NCBI GenBank assembly: GCA_021613535.1
Contig: CP075493.1
Coordinates: 4,216,001 to 4,280,000 of the forward strand
DNA from: Adineta vaga
Lineage: Eukaryota; Animalia; Rotifera
Reading direction: 5' to 3'
DNA length: 64,000 nt
Shown here: positions 1 through 12,557 of the stretch, one piece after another
How the letters are laid out: each line of letters opens with the position of its first letter
Numbering within the stretch: position 1 is the stretch's first letter
Position numbers and translations under genes: made by a program
The notes under the pieces: generated by a model
The model's input: the letters and a program-made list of their open reading frames with translations, nothing else
What the model was told of the DNA's origin: nothing
The model's database searches: none

Positions 1-1272
1 TACTTCCTTGACCTTGTCCACCAGCAACGACAATTCCTTCTTTTGCGCCTTGAGCCCATTTCATCACTCGATGATTATTCCAATCAGAAACATAGACTGA
101 ATGTTCTTGATCCACAAAAATATATGTTGGATAATTCAATTGATCATTACGATCGCCTTTTCCATTTCCACCAGCAACAACTGTTCCGGTCGTATCGCCT
201 GGTTTCCATCGTCTAACTTCATGTTTTTCATAATCTGAAATATAAAGATCACCATTCACATCCATGGTTAATTGTGAACAATCAATATTAGCAATAACTA
301 TTTGTTGATTTGTTCGACTTCGACGAGACCATCGAACAACACGTTTATTACCCCAATCACAAATAATCAACGAATCATTCTTTCGATCAACAATTACATC
401 CGTTGGACAATTTAATTGATCCATTCGATTTCCCCAACCATTTCCACCTGCAACAACTTGTCCATGATTAGCACCTAATTTCCATTTTACGATACGATGA
501 CTTGATGAATCAGCTATATAAATCTTTCGATCATCATCATCAATAAAAATACCATCAGGATAGGAAAGTTGATTTGCCTGATTACCTTCTTTATTTCCTC
601 CAGCAATTGTTGTTCCATGTTGTTTCCATTTTGTAGTGTTACTAAGAATTGTCGGTGTTGAAACAAATTTTCCTAGAAAAGATTTTGAATTCCTTCTTCT
701 CGTTGTCTGACTTATGAAATCTAAATCTTATTATTTTTTTTACCGATTAACTTACCCGATGATAATAAAACAGAAATCTTATGAATTAATGGTGTTGCTT
801 CTTGTTGAATGGCCATGCTTGATGGTATATTTAATTCATCGGATAATTGTTTTAACTTTTGATTGAATTGATTTAAATCAATTTCATTGAAATCATTTTC
901 TTGTCGAATTTTTCTCAATTGATCAGATAATTTTGCTAAACTTGTTTCAATTTGTTGAATATTTTTTGTTGTATGTTGAATAATCAATTGTCGACAATCC
1001 GTTGCTGTTTGTTGAATTGTTTTTATGGATTCTTCTTCCCATTGTTCGATTTGTTTAATTAATATATGAATTTGTGGATGATTTGCTTGTTCATTAAGTG
1101 TTTGACGAAAACGATCACGATGAAGTTCAATATGATCTAATTGTTTATTTAATTCTTGTCGATGATCAGTTAAATGATCATAACAAAATAATTGTAAACA
1201 ACCTTCACATCGAACAGCTCGTTTTTCTTTATCACATGTTATACAACGACTTTTTATTGGGTCTGTTGCCAT
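1..1272 (-). CDS. B-box/coiled-coil + NHL-repeat (6-bladed propeller) protein, 3' end runs off the window
   Basis: Exon 1 (1272-756) has CITC..CEGCLQLFCYDHLTDH and a coiled coil. A GT-AG intron spans 755-673. Exon 2 (672-<1) encodes NHL repeats (KWKQHGTTIAGGNKEGNQANQLSYPDGIFIDDD..IYIADSSSHRIVKW). Confidence 0.88.
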
Positions 1273-2209
1273 CGATTTCTATGAAAAATTTCAAATAGTA
1301 GACGAAACAAACGACTTGGATATTAGTTTGTGAACATAAAATAACCAGACGAGTCAATGTCAACTAATATTAGGTATATGAAGTAAAGAACAGTTATGCA
1401 TTCATTGACTCAGCCGTGATTTCTGTTCAAGGGTGTTAACCTTGCATGAGAGGGTTTATATTCTCTTTCAGCTTTTTTTTCTCTCTTCTCTTGAATGAAC
1501 ATCAAAATCGACCGTTTTGCACATGGATGACGAGGGATATGGTACAAAAGGACAAGAATATTTCTTTTATTTCTATCACCAAACTGAGCAAGAGAAACAG
1601 AATGATGAAAAGTAAAAAAGGTTGTCGTTCGTGTTATCATGTAACAATCAGGAGTATATTGATGATCAAGGACGTCTTTTCTTATTGGAATAAATCTTGG
1701 AAATAGAAAAGAAAAGTTTTTTTTTAAAGTCTAGTTTGTAGAATTAACAAACAAACCAAGAATAACTTTATCTATTCGATTCTAAGTATAGCAGTCTTCT
1801 TTTACAGGTAAACAAAAAATGGATCACAGTTCTATTGTGTGATTCATTGCTAATGGTTGCCATTTTGCTTCAAAAGTTTTCTGTAAGACAAGTCCTTGAC
1901 CTTCGCTCTTTATCAGTTAGTATTTGATGCTTTAGTTACTTTTTCTTTTGCATATCCTTATGCAACAAATTTGCTTTGTAGTATTATTTATTATCGGTCA
2001 TGCGCAAATAGAGAATATCATGCAATTGAAAACTAGGTACTCGTATTTTTCTTATTATACGACGCAAAATATATCTATATATCTCCAATAATGAATAGAC
2101 TATTCATGCATGACAAACCCTCATTAGATGAAAAAAAGAGATAGGAAGCAAGTCGGAACTAGACAATATATTTATATCGACAAAAATAAAAATAAATATT
2201 ACTATTATC

Positions 2210-3899
2210 ATGTTTGTGTTATTTATTCTTTCATTCTTTATACTTTATCATGATGTTTCTTCTGAGACTAATGTTCAAGGAACACTTCTAAAAATACAGT
2301 GTGGACGGAATCTAACAGCCCTTACTATGTAGTTGGCACTGTTGGTGTTCCAAAAGGTATCACACTAACTATTGAAGCTGGTGTAAAAGTTGTTTTCCAA
2401 CAGGATTATGGAATTCTCATTAAGGAAGGTGTTTTGAAAAGTCTTGGAACTAAAACACAGCCTGTTTCATTCACATCAGCTCTTCATTCAAATAAATCAA
2501 TGATAACATTCAAAGCGACAAATTTGTCCGAATCTGTCATACAAGCGACCCAGTTTTCAGGACCAAAATCATCGATAGTTCTTGGTGTCATTGAGGATGA
2601 TCCTCAGGATAATTATGGTATATTGGTTCTAGAATTTTGTCTATTTATCAATACTATCATCAATAACGGAAATTCAAGTGAGCTATCATGAAATACTATT
2701 TTGAATATATCTATTGAGACGATTTTTAGCAAGACCGACTTGGCAGTATAGTGATTATACTAAGAAAATACTATCGATCGTTTTACGTGATACAATTATT
2801 TTAAACTCAACATTTTTCTGTGGATATGGAAATATTCAGTCAATTTACATGAAATGGTTACATTATCGATAGTTTTATGGAACTAGGAATATATCAAGAT
2901 AGTATTCAATTACATAGTACATACCTGAACAATACTAAAATGGAGTTTAGGAGTTGGGCTTCATCAAAAATGCATATTTATAATTCGACATTGCATAATA
3001 CTCATTTTGAAGTTAATAATGGACCGATTACTTTGTCTATCTATCGTTCAACATTTTTCAATGGATCAATGAAGTTTTACTATAACCATAATGACATAAA
3101 GATTATGGACTCAATGTTAGCATATGTCAATATTGTCGTTAGTGGTTACTATGCATCTTCTGGTCGCAATTATTTTGCACTTTTTCGTTCTACATTTCTT
3201 CATGGATCACTTTCCATACGAGATACTAGTGCTTATTCAATACAATCTAATATTATGCTTGCTGGAACACCTCTTCTTATAGGAGATAACTCAAGAATAC
3301 AGTGCACATCAATCACCAGTCTTGCTGGTGGAAGTGCAGTCACAGCTGGAATTGAAGCTACTGATGTAATTATTAAAAACTCGTCAATGTACAACTTTTA
3401 TACAGGTATTCGTGTATCAAAAACATCAAAAATTTCATTTAGTAATATTTATGACAACCACTATAATATTGAAAATCGAGGACGTAATAATATTGAAGCT
3501 AACAAAAGCTGGTGGGGTACTTCAAATGAAACAGAAATCAGCGAAAAAATATATGATTTTTATGATGATTTAAATTTTGGTCAAGTAATATTTTCGAACC
3601 ATTTCACCAGTACTATCGATCTCAATTCTAGTCAATGTAGCTATACAAAATCATTGACTTTCTACAACAGTTCAATATTTCCAACAACTTTCACATTTGT
3701 GAGAGATTCTCCATGCTTTGCGGTTTTGTTTGACGATGAATCTATGTCAAATCCAGAAAATGGATTTTATTCCTGTGGTTTTAAATATTCCATAGCTTCA
3801 TCGTCTTATAACGGTATTATACTATCATTATCAACTTACAATAAACTACTCATTTTCTTATATATTTTCGTTCCTTTTATCCAATTGTCGATTTTATAA
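2210..3899 (+). CDS. Secreted/GPI-type right-handed parallel beta-helix protein (frameshifted in this sequence)
   Basis: Signal-like start MFVLFILSFLYFI at 2210, then TVWTESNSPYYVVGTVGVPKGITLTIEAGVKVVF, (S/T/N)-rich beta-helix repeats, NNIEANKSWWGTSNETEISEKIYDFYDD and a hydrophobic C-terminal tail. Intron at about 2678-2729. Frame changes are needed near 2248, 2290 and 2850. Confidence 0.6.
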
Positions 3900-4260
3900 T
3901 AAAAATCCTGTTTCTCCATGTCATACAGATGTAATTTAGATGACATGGAACTAAAATAAGAAATAATTGTTAGTAAACAGCCAACATTATCAATGTCGAA
4001 ATGTCTAATATATGTTTTCATTCCATTGTATAATAAAAATTGATAATATTCGCAATCTTTCTTCAATAAGAATAGAAAATCATTGACTTAAACCATTCTA
4101 TTATATTACAAAACTTGAGATTGAATGAATAATCATATTTAATTTGTACTCTTTAGAAGATAGGAAGAAAATCAATCTTTGATAGGTAGTAAAAAACAGA
4201 ATGAATTATAAAAAAGTCTACATCAAAATGTAAAGAAAAAAAGAGGGAAAAAAAAGCTTT

Positions 4261-5771
4261 TCAATCCTTATCAACATCAAATTTTTGGACTCGATGATTA
4301 CCCCAATCGACTACATAAAGATTTCCTTCTTTATCAAATGATAAACAAATCGGACAATTGAATTGATTCGATTGTTTACCTTCACCATTTCCACTAACAA
4401 TAATTGAACCTTGATGAGATCCATTGGACCAACGCATTATTCTATTATTACCCGAATCAGCAACATAAACATTACCTAAATGATCAACAATGACACCTTC
4501 TGGATAGGACAATTGTGTTAAACTATTTCCTTCACCATGTCCACCTGCAACAACAACACCTTCTGTTGAATTATGTGTCCATTTCATCACACGATCATTA
4601 CCAGAATCAGATACATAAACTGAATGTTCTTTATCAACAAAAATATATGTTGGAAAATTTAACTGATTAAGTTCATCACCTTTCCCATTACCACCAGCAA
4701 CGATGGCACCTTTCTTATCACCTTGTTTCCAACGTCTTACTTCATTCTTTCTCCAATCGGAAACATAGAGATCTCCATTATCATCAATTGTTAATTGTGA
4801 ACAATCTATTTTTGATATAATTGTTTGACGATTTTTTGTATTCAGACGAGACCATCGAACAACGCGTCGATTTCCCCAATCACATATAATTAATGAATCA
4901 TTTTTCACATCCAAAATTACATCTGTTGGTAAATTTAATTGATCTCGTCGACTTCCTTTTCCATTTCCACCAGCAACAACTTGTCCATGATTTGTATCAT
5001 ATTTCCATTTAACAATACGATGATTCCACCAATCAGCAATATAAATTGTTTCATCATCATCAACACAAATACCATATGGCCAATAGAGTTGATTCGATTG
5101 ATCACCTTCACCATATCCACCAGCAATTGTTGATCCATATTGTTTCCATTTTGTATTACTATGAATATTAATTGATGCAATAGATTTTCCTAAAAACGAA
5201 AAGAGAAACTCTTCCTATGTAGAATGTCAAAATTGAAAAACATAGACTTACGAAGTGATGGTAAAACAATAGAAATTTTATCAATAAATGATGTATTTTC
5301 TTGTTGAATGGAAACTGTTGAGATTTTTTCTAATTCTTGTGCTAATTGTTTTAAACGATGATTAAATTGTTCTAAATCAATTTCATTGAAATCATTTTCT
5401 TGATGAATATCTTTTAATTGTTCGGATAATTTCAAAAGACTCGTTTCTACATCATTAAAATGTTCATTTCGATATTGAAATAAGATTTGTCGACAATCAT
5501 GAGCTTTTTTTTGTATAATTTGTATAGATTCTTCTTCCCAATTATTGATTTCTTTAATTAAAGAATGTATATGTGGATGATTGGTTTGTTCATTAAGTGT
5601 TTGACGAAAAACGGCAAGATTTAATTCAATATGATGTAATTGTTTATTTAATTCTTGTCGATGATCCGTTAAATGATCATAGCAAAATAATTGTAAACAA
5701 CCTTCACATCGAACGGTTCGTTTTTCTTTATCACATGTTATACAACGACTACGATTGATATCTGATGCCAT
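4261..5771 (-). CDS. B-box/coiled-coil + NHL-repeat protein (paralog of the 1-1272 gene)
   Basis: Exon 1 (5771-5252) is near-identical in its N-terminus to the 1272 gene. Intron 5251-5190. Exon 2 (5189-4261) is open throughout, with six NHL repeats ending ..LYVVDWGNHRVQKFDVDKD. Confidence 0.9.
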
Positions 5772-6780
5772 CAATTGAATACAATAAGAGATAATGTCGA
5801 GAAAGGATGACAGTACTTAATAACTCGTATGTGTAAATGCATGCATGAAAATCAACTTGAATCAATGTCAATAAACATGAACGAAAGGGTAAAGAGCAGT
5901 GACGCAGTCACCTGCTAAGCGAATGCCTGACTATTTATCCTTGTAAGAGAGGATTTTTTTTTCTCTTCAATGAACATCACAATCAATCTTCTATCACATG
6001 GATGATAGTGAATCTATAACTTGTATTTTTCTTTTCTTCACTATCATTTCATAGTGACAGAAACAGAACGAAAGAGAATGTTCTTTTTCTTTCTCGGTTG
6101 TGATATCTTATACCAATCGGATAGATATAGTGATGATCAAGGGTATCGTTCGATTTTTTTCTCGTTCTTATGAATAATCGTAGATAAAAGTTATTCGACA
6201 GAAAGATTCACATATACAAAAAAGGTTATTAGAACACTTCAAATTGGTTGAAACCTGTACATCGAATAATCCATAGATCGAGAGAAAGAGATTTGGTCAA
6301 TATGTACGAAAGTTAAACGGCAACTTTTTATACCAAATCAGGAAGGTACAGAAGAAAATATAACGTCGTAGAATACGAGAGAAGATAAAAAATATTGTCT
6401 TCAAATATGACATTGTAATGAATTGTTTCACTACGAAAAATGACAAAGGAATTTGATGATAGTGTTTGAATGTTACCAATCTGTTTTTCTTGACATTCAT
6501 TATAATACAGAATATCTATCAGATGTTCACGATGGAAGTCAAATTCTCTTAACTCATTGTTTGTAATATATATATATGAGCGAAAGAAGACGAAATGAAA
6601 AATAATATCACCAATGGTTTTATTATGGATTGTCCGTCTTGATGAAATATTGCACAATCATTTGAAATACATTCTATTTACTGTTTTACATTGACAAACC
6701 CACATGGAAGAAAAAAATGACTCTCGTCAAATAAATATAAGGTTCAGATTTTAACAGAACAATATATTTAATTAGATTTG

Positions 6781-7323
6781 ATGTCATCACACAAACGAGC
6801 TTTGATTATTGGTATTAATAAATATTTATGTTATTCATCGAAATATTGTGTAAACGATGCCAATGATTTGAGTATGACTCTTCAACGTATAGGTTTCGAA
6901 ACACATATCGCATTCGATTGTAATTTACGTGAATTTGGCGATCATATCAATCAATTTCTTCAATTAATTCAACCGAATGATGTAGTATTATTTTATTTTG
7001 CTGGTCATGGTAAATATAATCGATATGAATATTATTTATTACCATCAGATTACATTTATAATTTACGAACTGATCAGTATGATTATATCATACGAAATGC
7101 TATTAATAATCTTATGAAAAAAATTCATAAAAGTAAATGTTCTATTCCGATTTATCTATTTGATTGCTGTAGACTTGTAAGAGAAACTCGAGCGACAAGT
7201 ACCAATGATCGATTATTGTTGTTGTTTGAAATGGTTGATCATTATAATTATCGACTACAGCAATTTGATATTGAAAAAGATTATATTAGACGAAGGATAC
7301 TGATTTCCAAAAGATTTCCATAG
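6781..7323 (+). CDS. Bacterial/paracaspase-type caspase p20 domain (peptidase C14), truncated; possible pseudogene
   Basis: KRALIIGINKY, CVNDANDL, FYFAGHG (catalytic His) and FDCCR (catalytic Cys). No recognisable p10 half follows DCCR. Confidence 0.7.
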   Translation: MSSHKRALIIGINKYLCYSSKYCVNDANDLSMTLQRIGFETHIAFDCNLREFGDHINQFLQLIQPNDVVLFYFAGHGKYNRYEYYLLPSDYIYNLRTDQYDYIIRNAINNLMKKIHKSKCSIPIYLFDCCRLVRETRATSTNDRLLLLFEMVDHYNYRLQQFDIEKDYIRRRILISKRFP

Positions 7324-7502
7324 TTGTATTTAGTTCAATCAGATTTTTATTATCAAATATAGAATAATCTTTACAGTCTACAACGTGTTGACCACATTTA
7401 TATGAATTATTAAGTTAGTATTTCATCATTGTTGATATTTATTGAATACTAGAGCGCACTCGACAGTTGAAAGAAGAAAAAAAAATAAGCTGGTCATATT
7501 AT

Positions 7503-9597
7503 TTATACACCGAGGAAAAAATCACCACTAGTTGAAGGACCACTGCCAGGATGCATAGCCCATAAGAGGACTTGATATCGATGACCAGTTATAGTCGGAA
7601 ATGCCTGCATGATATAATCAGCTGCTACAGTGCTACCACCTACATAATAATATGTACCTGCTCTAGCAAAATAATTAAAACCACTGTATGAAAAATTAGA
7701 ATAAACTCCACCCGTCGAAGTCGCATTATTTTGATCACAATAAGCCCATGACGTTAAATCACCAGTTTCAAAACCTCCATTAACAATTAGTTCAGTACCT
7801 AATGCCGCAAAATCTTGAATAGATATATCATCCATAGCAAAATAACCAGTTTGTCTTCGAAGAGCAAATGCAATACGTGTGACATTGGAAATCGCCGTAT
7901 AATTATAACCGAATTGGACATAACTCGTAAAGCTATTACAAGGAGAACAACTTGCTACAATTTCAATACCAGTTAACATTGATGTACAAATATTTGAAGT
8001 AATGGCTAAAATTATAGTTATATAGAAATCTGTTTTTTTTCATTCGTTCCTATACATACTGATTGTAGAAGCTCCACTTGTTGTGCTCGTTGCTAAATAT
8101 AATCGTGTAAAAATAAATAGATTTGATGTACTTTACTCACTCGTGCTAGTATCGGTTATTGTACTTGTTGTAACTGAAATATACATATAGTTCTACATGA
8201 AAAATATCGATAAATTCATTTACCTGTTGTAGAAACCGTAATTGTTGTAAGTGTAGATACTAAATAACATAAAGATATAAAAAATATGTTCTAGAATATG
8301 TATAAAGACTGTATGATAGTGAATTTTATTTTGAAAAATAAATAGACTATGAGAAAATATTATTGAGATATTGATATTCAGATTATTGATAGACATGTTT
8401 AATGCTACCTAATCTCGTTTATAAAACTATAATGGACTAACCTGTCGTAGATTCACTCGTGGTTGTAGGATTTGTGCTCACTGTTGTCGTCGTTGTTGGA
8501 TCTGTGCTTACTGTCGTTGTTGTTGCTGTTGCAGGATTTGTGCTTACTGTTGTTGTTGTTGTTGTAGGATTTGTGCTCACTGTCGTCGTTGTTGTAGGAT
8601 CTGTGCTCACTGTTGTTGTTGTTGTTACATCTCAAATAAAAAGGTATATCTCTATTAATACATTACTCAGCATTCACATACTGTTTGCGAGAGTACTATT
8701 CATCGCCACGGCTATAGTTGTTGTTGTTTTTTGCATAGTGACAATTGTCGCCGGTATTGCTGTAATAGCAGCAACGAGTAATGATATAAGAAGAATCAAA
8801 AGAAAGATTTTCAAAGGTGAACAGGATGCACAAAATTTGCAGCATCGTTTCTTTGTCATATCTTCCTTGCCAATTGTGTATAACTGTCGTCGATCACCAA
8901 AACTTAATCGAAAAGATTTCAACTTATTGATTGATTGCTTTTTTGACAGCATTAAATTAGTATTTGAACTAGCTGATGACTGTGATAAATGATCATTGCT
9001 TGAAGGTGCTACCTATAAGAAAACGTAATACTGTTTATACATCTATTTAAAGATTTTAAGAATTTCACCTTCGATGAAAAATTTGTTGATATATTTGATC
9101 TGGGTGGTGTTATATTCTGCATAACGAGAACAAAACATGTTATGATTATATTTACTGAAACTATTCTAATTACTCGTGATTTATCTTCGGTTATCGATAT
9201 GAATGGAGTTGTATTGACGTTTATAGCAGAAAATAAATTTTCATTAGTCTTATTAGAATGATGTGGATCGATATTATTTTGCTCTGCTGGTGTAGAAGAT
9301 AGATTTTTCATATTTTCATAGACATTCGTTGAATCAGTATTTGTATTGATTACTGATATGTTCGTTTGATCGTGTGCTGGAAGACTTTGCTTATCTGTTT
9401 TAAATGATTTTTGAGAATGAGATTTGATTCGTGTGACACGAACAATACGCGAAGCTGTTCCATCCTATTAAAAATATAAAACGATGATCAACAGAATGAT
9501 AAAGATTTTTCATTACGTTTAATTGATGTTTATTTGAATTTGAATGATGTTTTTTTATGCGTGTTACTGAAACTGCTGAACGTACTTGTCTATTCAT
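7503..9597 (-). CDS. Multi-exon type II membrane protein with Thr-rich stalk and C-terminal carbohydrate-binding-like (NGGFE) beta-sandwich
   Basis: Low-complexity N-terminal exons (9597-9016), TM helix IFLLILLISLLVAAITAIPATIV (~8810-8740), Thr-rich repeat exon (8630-8442), micro-exons (8060-8260) and a final exon with ELIVNGGFETGDLTSW (CBM4/9-like). Confidence 0.7.
8455..8628 (-). repeat. ~30-36 bp degenerate coding tandem repeat (TTTTVST[N/D]P), ~5-6 copies
   Basis: Recurrent gttgtaggatttgtgctcactgttgt on the + strand. Confidence 0.8.
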
Positions 9598-10412
9598 TTA
9601 TGTATCAATATGATTTTGAAATATGAATGGACTGATTTTTGTTTTCGAAATTGAATAACTACTTCACGACCTTATTTTGTATAGAAGATTCTTGTGTTTT
9701 TATTAGGCTTTTATGGAATTAGAAAAAAAGAAATCGTACAAAAACTATTACAATGATTGATAGCTGAGCTGGTGCTGACGATAGCAGTTGTAAAGGTTTC
9801 TTTTTGTTGTTAACATTTGTTAGCGATGCACATTTAAGATGAAAAATATGACTGAGTACCATTCAATGATGATCTTTTGACGATTTTAGATTCCTTTTCT
9901 CGTAAGATTTGCTTGTAATATACATTTGTATAAATTCAAAATTTATATCGCATGATTCTTTTTAAATTTATTCATGTATTATTATGTACTCGTGTATTTT
10001 TTTATCAATTTCAGAACTAGTATAATTTATGCATATACAATCTTGTTAGTCTTCTTGATGTGTGCACTGAAAGGAGCATATTCTTCTATTATTTTCATGG
10101 TAAAATAATCTTTGATGAAAGATAACTTTACCTGTTTAGTCAATTCTATTCATAGCATGTAAAATATTTTCTAAAATATTGATTCATCAGAAAATACTTG
10201 ATCTCGATTATATGTGGCATAAATATCGAAACTATGTTTTCTTTTTTATTTATAAAAACGAAACAATCTATTTCATTGATTTTTATGCTATATATATTGG
10301 TCTCAGTTATTGGTTCATTTGTAATCTCTGGTATAATCACTGTCATAATCTCAAGTGCTATTGCTCTTGTTGTATCTGACTTTACAGATGTAGCCATTTC
10401 TGTTGCTGAGAC

Positions 10413-11745
10413 TTATGATATTGTCGTAGTTTCTGGTTCTACACTAGTAGTTTCTCCCGGTGTTGTTGTCGTAGTTTCTGGTTCTACACTAGTAGTTTCT
10501 CCCGATGTTGTTGTCGCAGTTTCTGGTTCTACACTAGTAGTTTCTCCCGGTGTTGTTGTCGTAGTTTCTGGTTCTACACTAGTAGTTTCTCCCGACGTTG
10601 TTGTCGTAGTTTCCGGTTCTACACTAGTAGTTTCTCCCGGTGTTGTTGTCGTAGTTTCTGGTTCTACACTAGTTGTTTCTCCCGGTGTTGTTGTCGTAGT
10701 TTCTGGTTCTACACTAGTTGTATCTCCCGATGTTGTTGTCGCAGTTTCTGGTTCTACACTAGTAGTTTCTCCCGGTGTTGTTGTCGTAGTTTCTGGTTCT
10801 ACACTAGTAGTTTCTCCCGATGTTGTTGTCGCAGTTTCTGGTTCTACACTAGTAGTTTCTCCCGGTGTTGTTGTCGTAGTTTCTGGTTCTACACTAGTAG
10901 TTTCTCCCGACGTTGTTGTCGTAGTTTCCGGTTCTACACTAGTAGTTTCTCCCGGTGTTGTTGTCGTAGTTTCTGGTTCTACACTAGTTGTTTCTCCCGG
11001 TGTTGTTGTCGTAGTTTCTGGTTCTACACTAGTTGTTTCTCCCGATGTTGTTGTCGTAGTTTCTGGTTCTACACTAGTAGTTTCTCCCGGTGTTGTTGTC
11101 GTAGTTTCTGGTTCTACACTAGTTGTTTCTCCCGGTGTTGTTGTCGTAGTTTCTGGTTCTACACTAGTAGTTTCTCCCGGTGTTGTTGTCGTAGTTTCCG
11201 GTTCCATACTAATGGCTTCTGTCGTTGTTGTTGTTGTTGTTGTGGTGGTGGTGGTGGTGGTAGCAGTGGTAGTTGTTAATGTATGTCCTAAAATAAGAGA
11301 GAACTCCTAAGGTTCAAAGCATTCGGGTGACATATATCGAAATTTTCAGTTAATTTCTTTCGATTTTCGGGCATCAGCACATTACCTGTAGCCTCAGTCG
11401 TACTCATCGTTTTTGTAATTGATTCTGTTGTAATCAAAGTTACTTTTGTTAAATCAGCATCTAAAAATAAAGAAATACGAGTTTTCTCTTGCAAACATAG
11501 TATTGATTATATACTTGTTGACTTTGTCTTTTTCGACAGGACAATACTAACGGGAATAACAATCGCAAAAGCAACAATGATAGTTAGTGTAATACTCAAA
11601 ATCATCCATAATTGCTTTCGTCCAATTAGTAGGGCTCTAGTTAATATAACTTCCTTTTTATTATATCTGAAATAGGAATAAGAAAAAAAAATACATACCT
11701 GGTTCTCAAAGATGATATCGACGAACGATAAATATTGCTTCGCAT
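10413..11745 (-). CDS. Type II membrane mucin-like protein with 15-aa Thr-rich repeats
   Basis: ATG at 11745 (MRSNIYRSSISSLRT), intron, TM exon (LWMILSITLTIIVAFAIVIPVSIVL), Thr-rich exons, then the (EPETTTTTPGETTSV)n array. Confidence 0.75.
10431..11205. repeat. 45-bp tandem array, ~17 highly homogeneous copies
   Basis: Unit ttctggttctacactagtagtttctcccggtgttgttgtcgtagt, with only a few SNP variants. Confidence 0.97.
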
Positions 11746-12557
11746 TGATAAATACTAAGACTATCAAAAAGAGAAGAAGACTATTAGATAATTAAAATAA
11801 CTAACAATATTATTTGAATTATTAATATGATAGATTTTTTGTTCGAAACAAAATCGTTTACGTTTAATTACGTCGTTCTTTTTTTCTCAATAAAATAAAT
11901 CTTGAAAACAAAATGGGAGTATTGCTAATCTAGACCATCTGTTATTTTCATTTTTTTTTTCAGTCTCTATCTATTTTTCAATGAGAACATACTATCTACC
12001 AATAGTCAGTTACTTACTAATATGAATCATATACAATGCTAAAAAATATTGTAAGCAGAAAACGTTTTTTTTTACTTAATTGATTTATTTGTATGTGTGT
12101 GTGTGTGTGTTCAAATGAAAGAGATTTGCTGATATTCATGGATGCTAAGCGATGCAAAGATTGAATCGTGAGATTTTTCCAAACTGTATACATAATTCCC
12201 TATACATTTTGAAATAGAGTATAACGAATTATAATGATGACTATAATACATATCATCTGCGAATGGAATTGAACGAAGAAACTGCTTTCAAAATCTGAAT
12301 CGGTTTTTGGATTGTATCGGATTTCATTTCAAATATGCATGGTGAAAATTGATCTTTAGCAAGAAAACAACTACAAGTACCTGTGACTGCTTGTTTCTAT
12401 TGATATTTCTCAAATTCTCAATTTTGTTTTGTCATCATCAAAGAACCACTTAATATTCACTTCAAAATTTGTCAACTTTAAAGACAAATACACTTCAATT
12501 CTTCGCTTATAAATACGTGAATATCCGTAATATTACTAATACAAATTTACTATATTC

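Noticed and set aside
8459-8992. 177-aa Val-rich + strand ORF and the 8453-8635 Asn-rich ORF
   Set aside because: Antisense and off-frame readings of Thr-rich exons of the 7503-9597 gene.
10431-11205. Regular repeat array as a possible CRISPR
   Set aside because: Contiguous 45-bp units with no unique spacers, in-frame coding, no cas genes and a eukaryotic context.
10198-11310. 370-aa Val-rich + strand ORF
   Set aside because: Antisense shadow of the Thr-rich mucin repeat; the splice signals and TM exon support the minus strand.
12093-12110. (TG)n and scattered (AT)n microsatellites
   Set aside because: Short and expected in AT-rich eukaryotic DNA.
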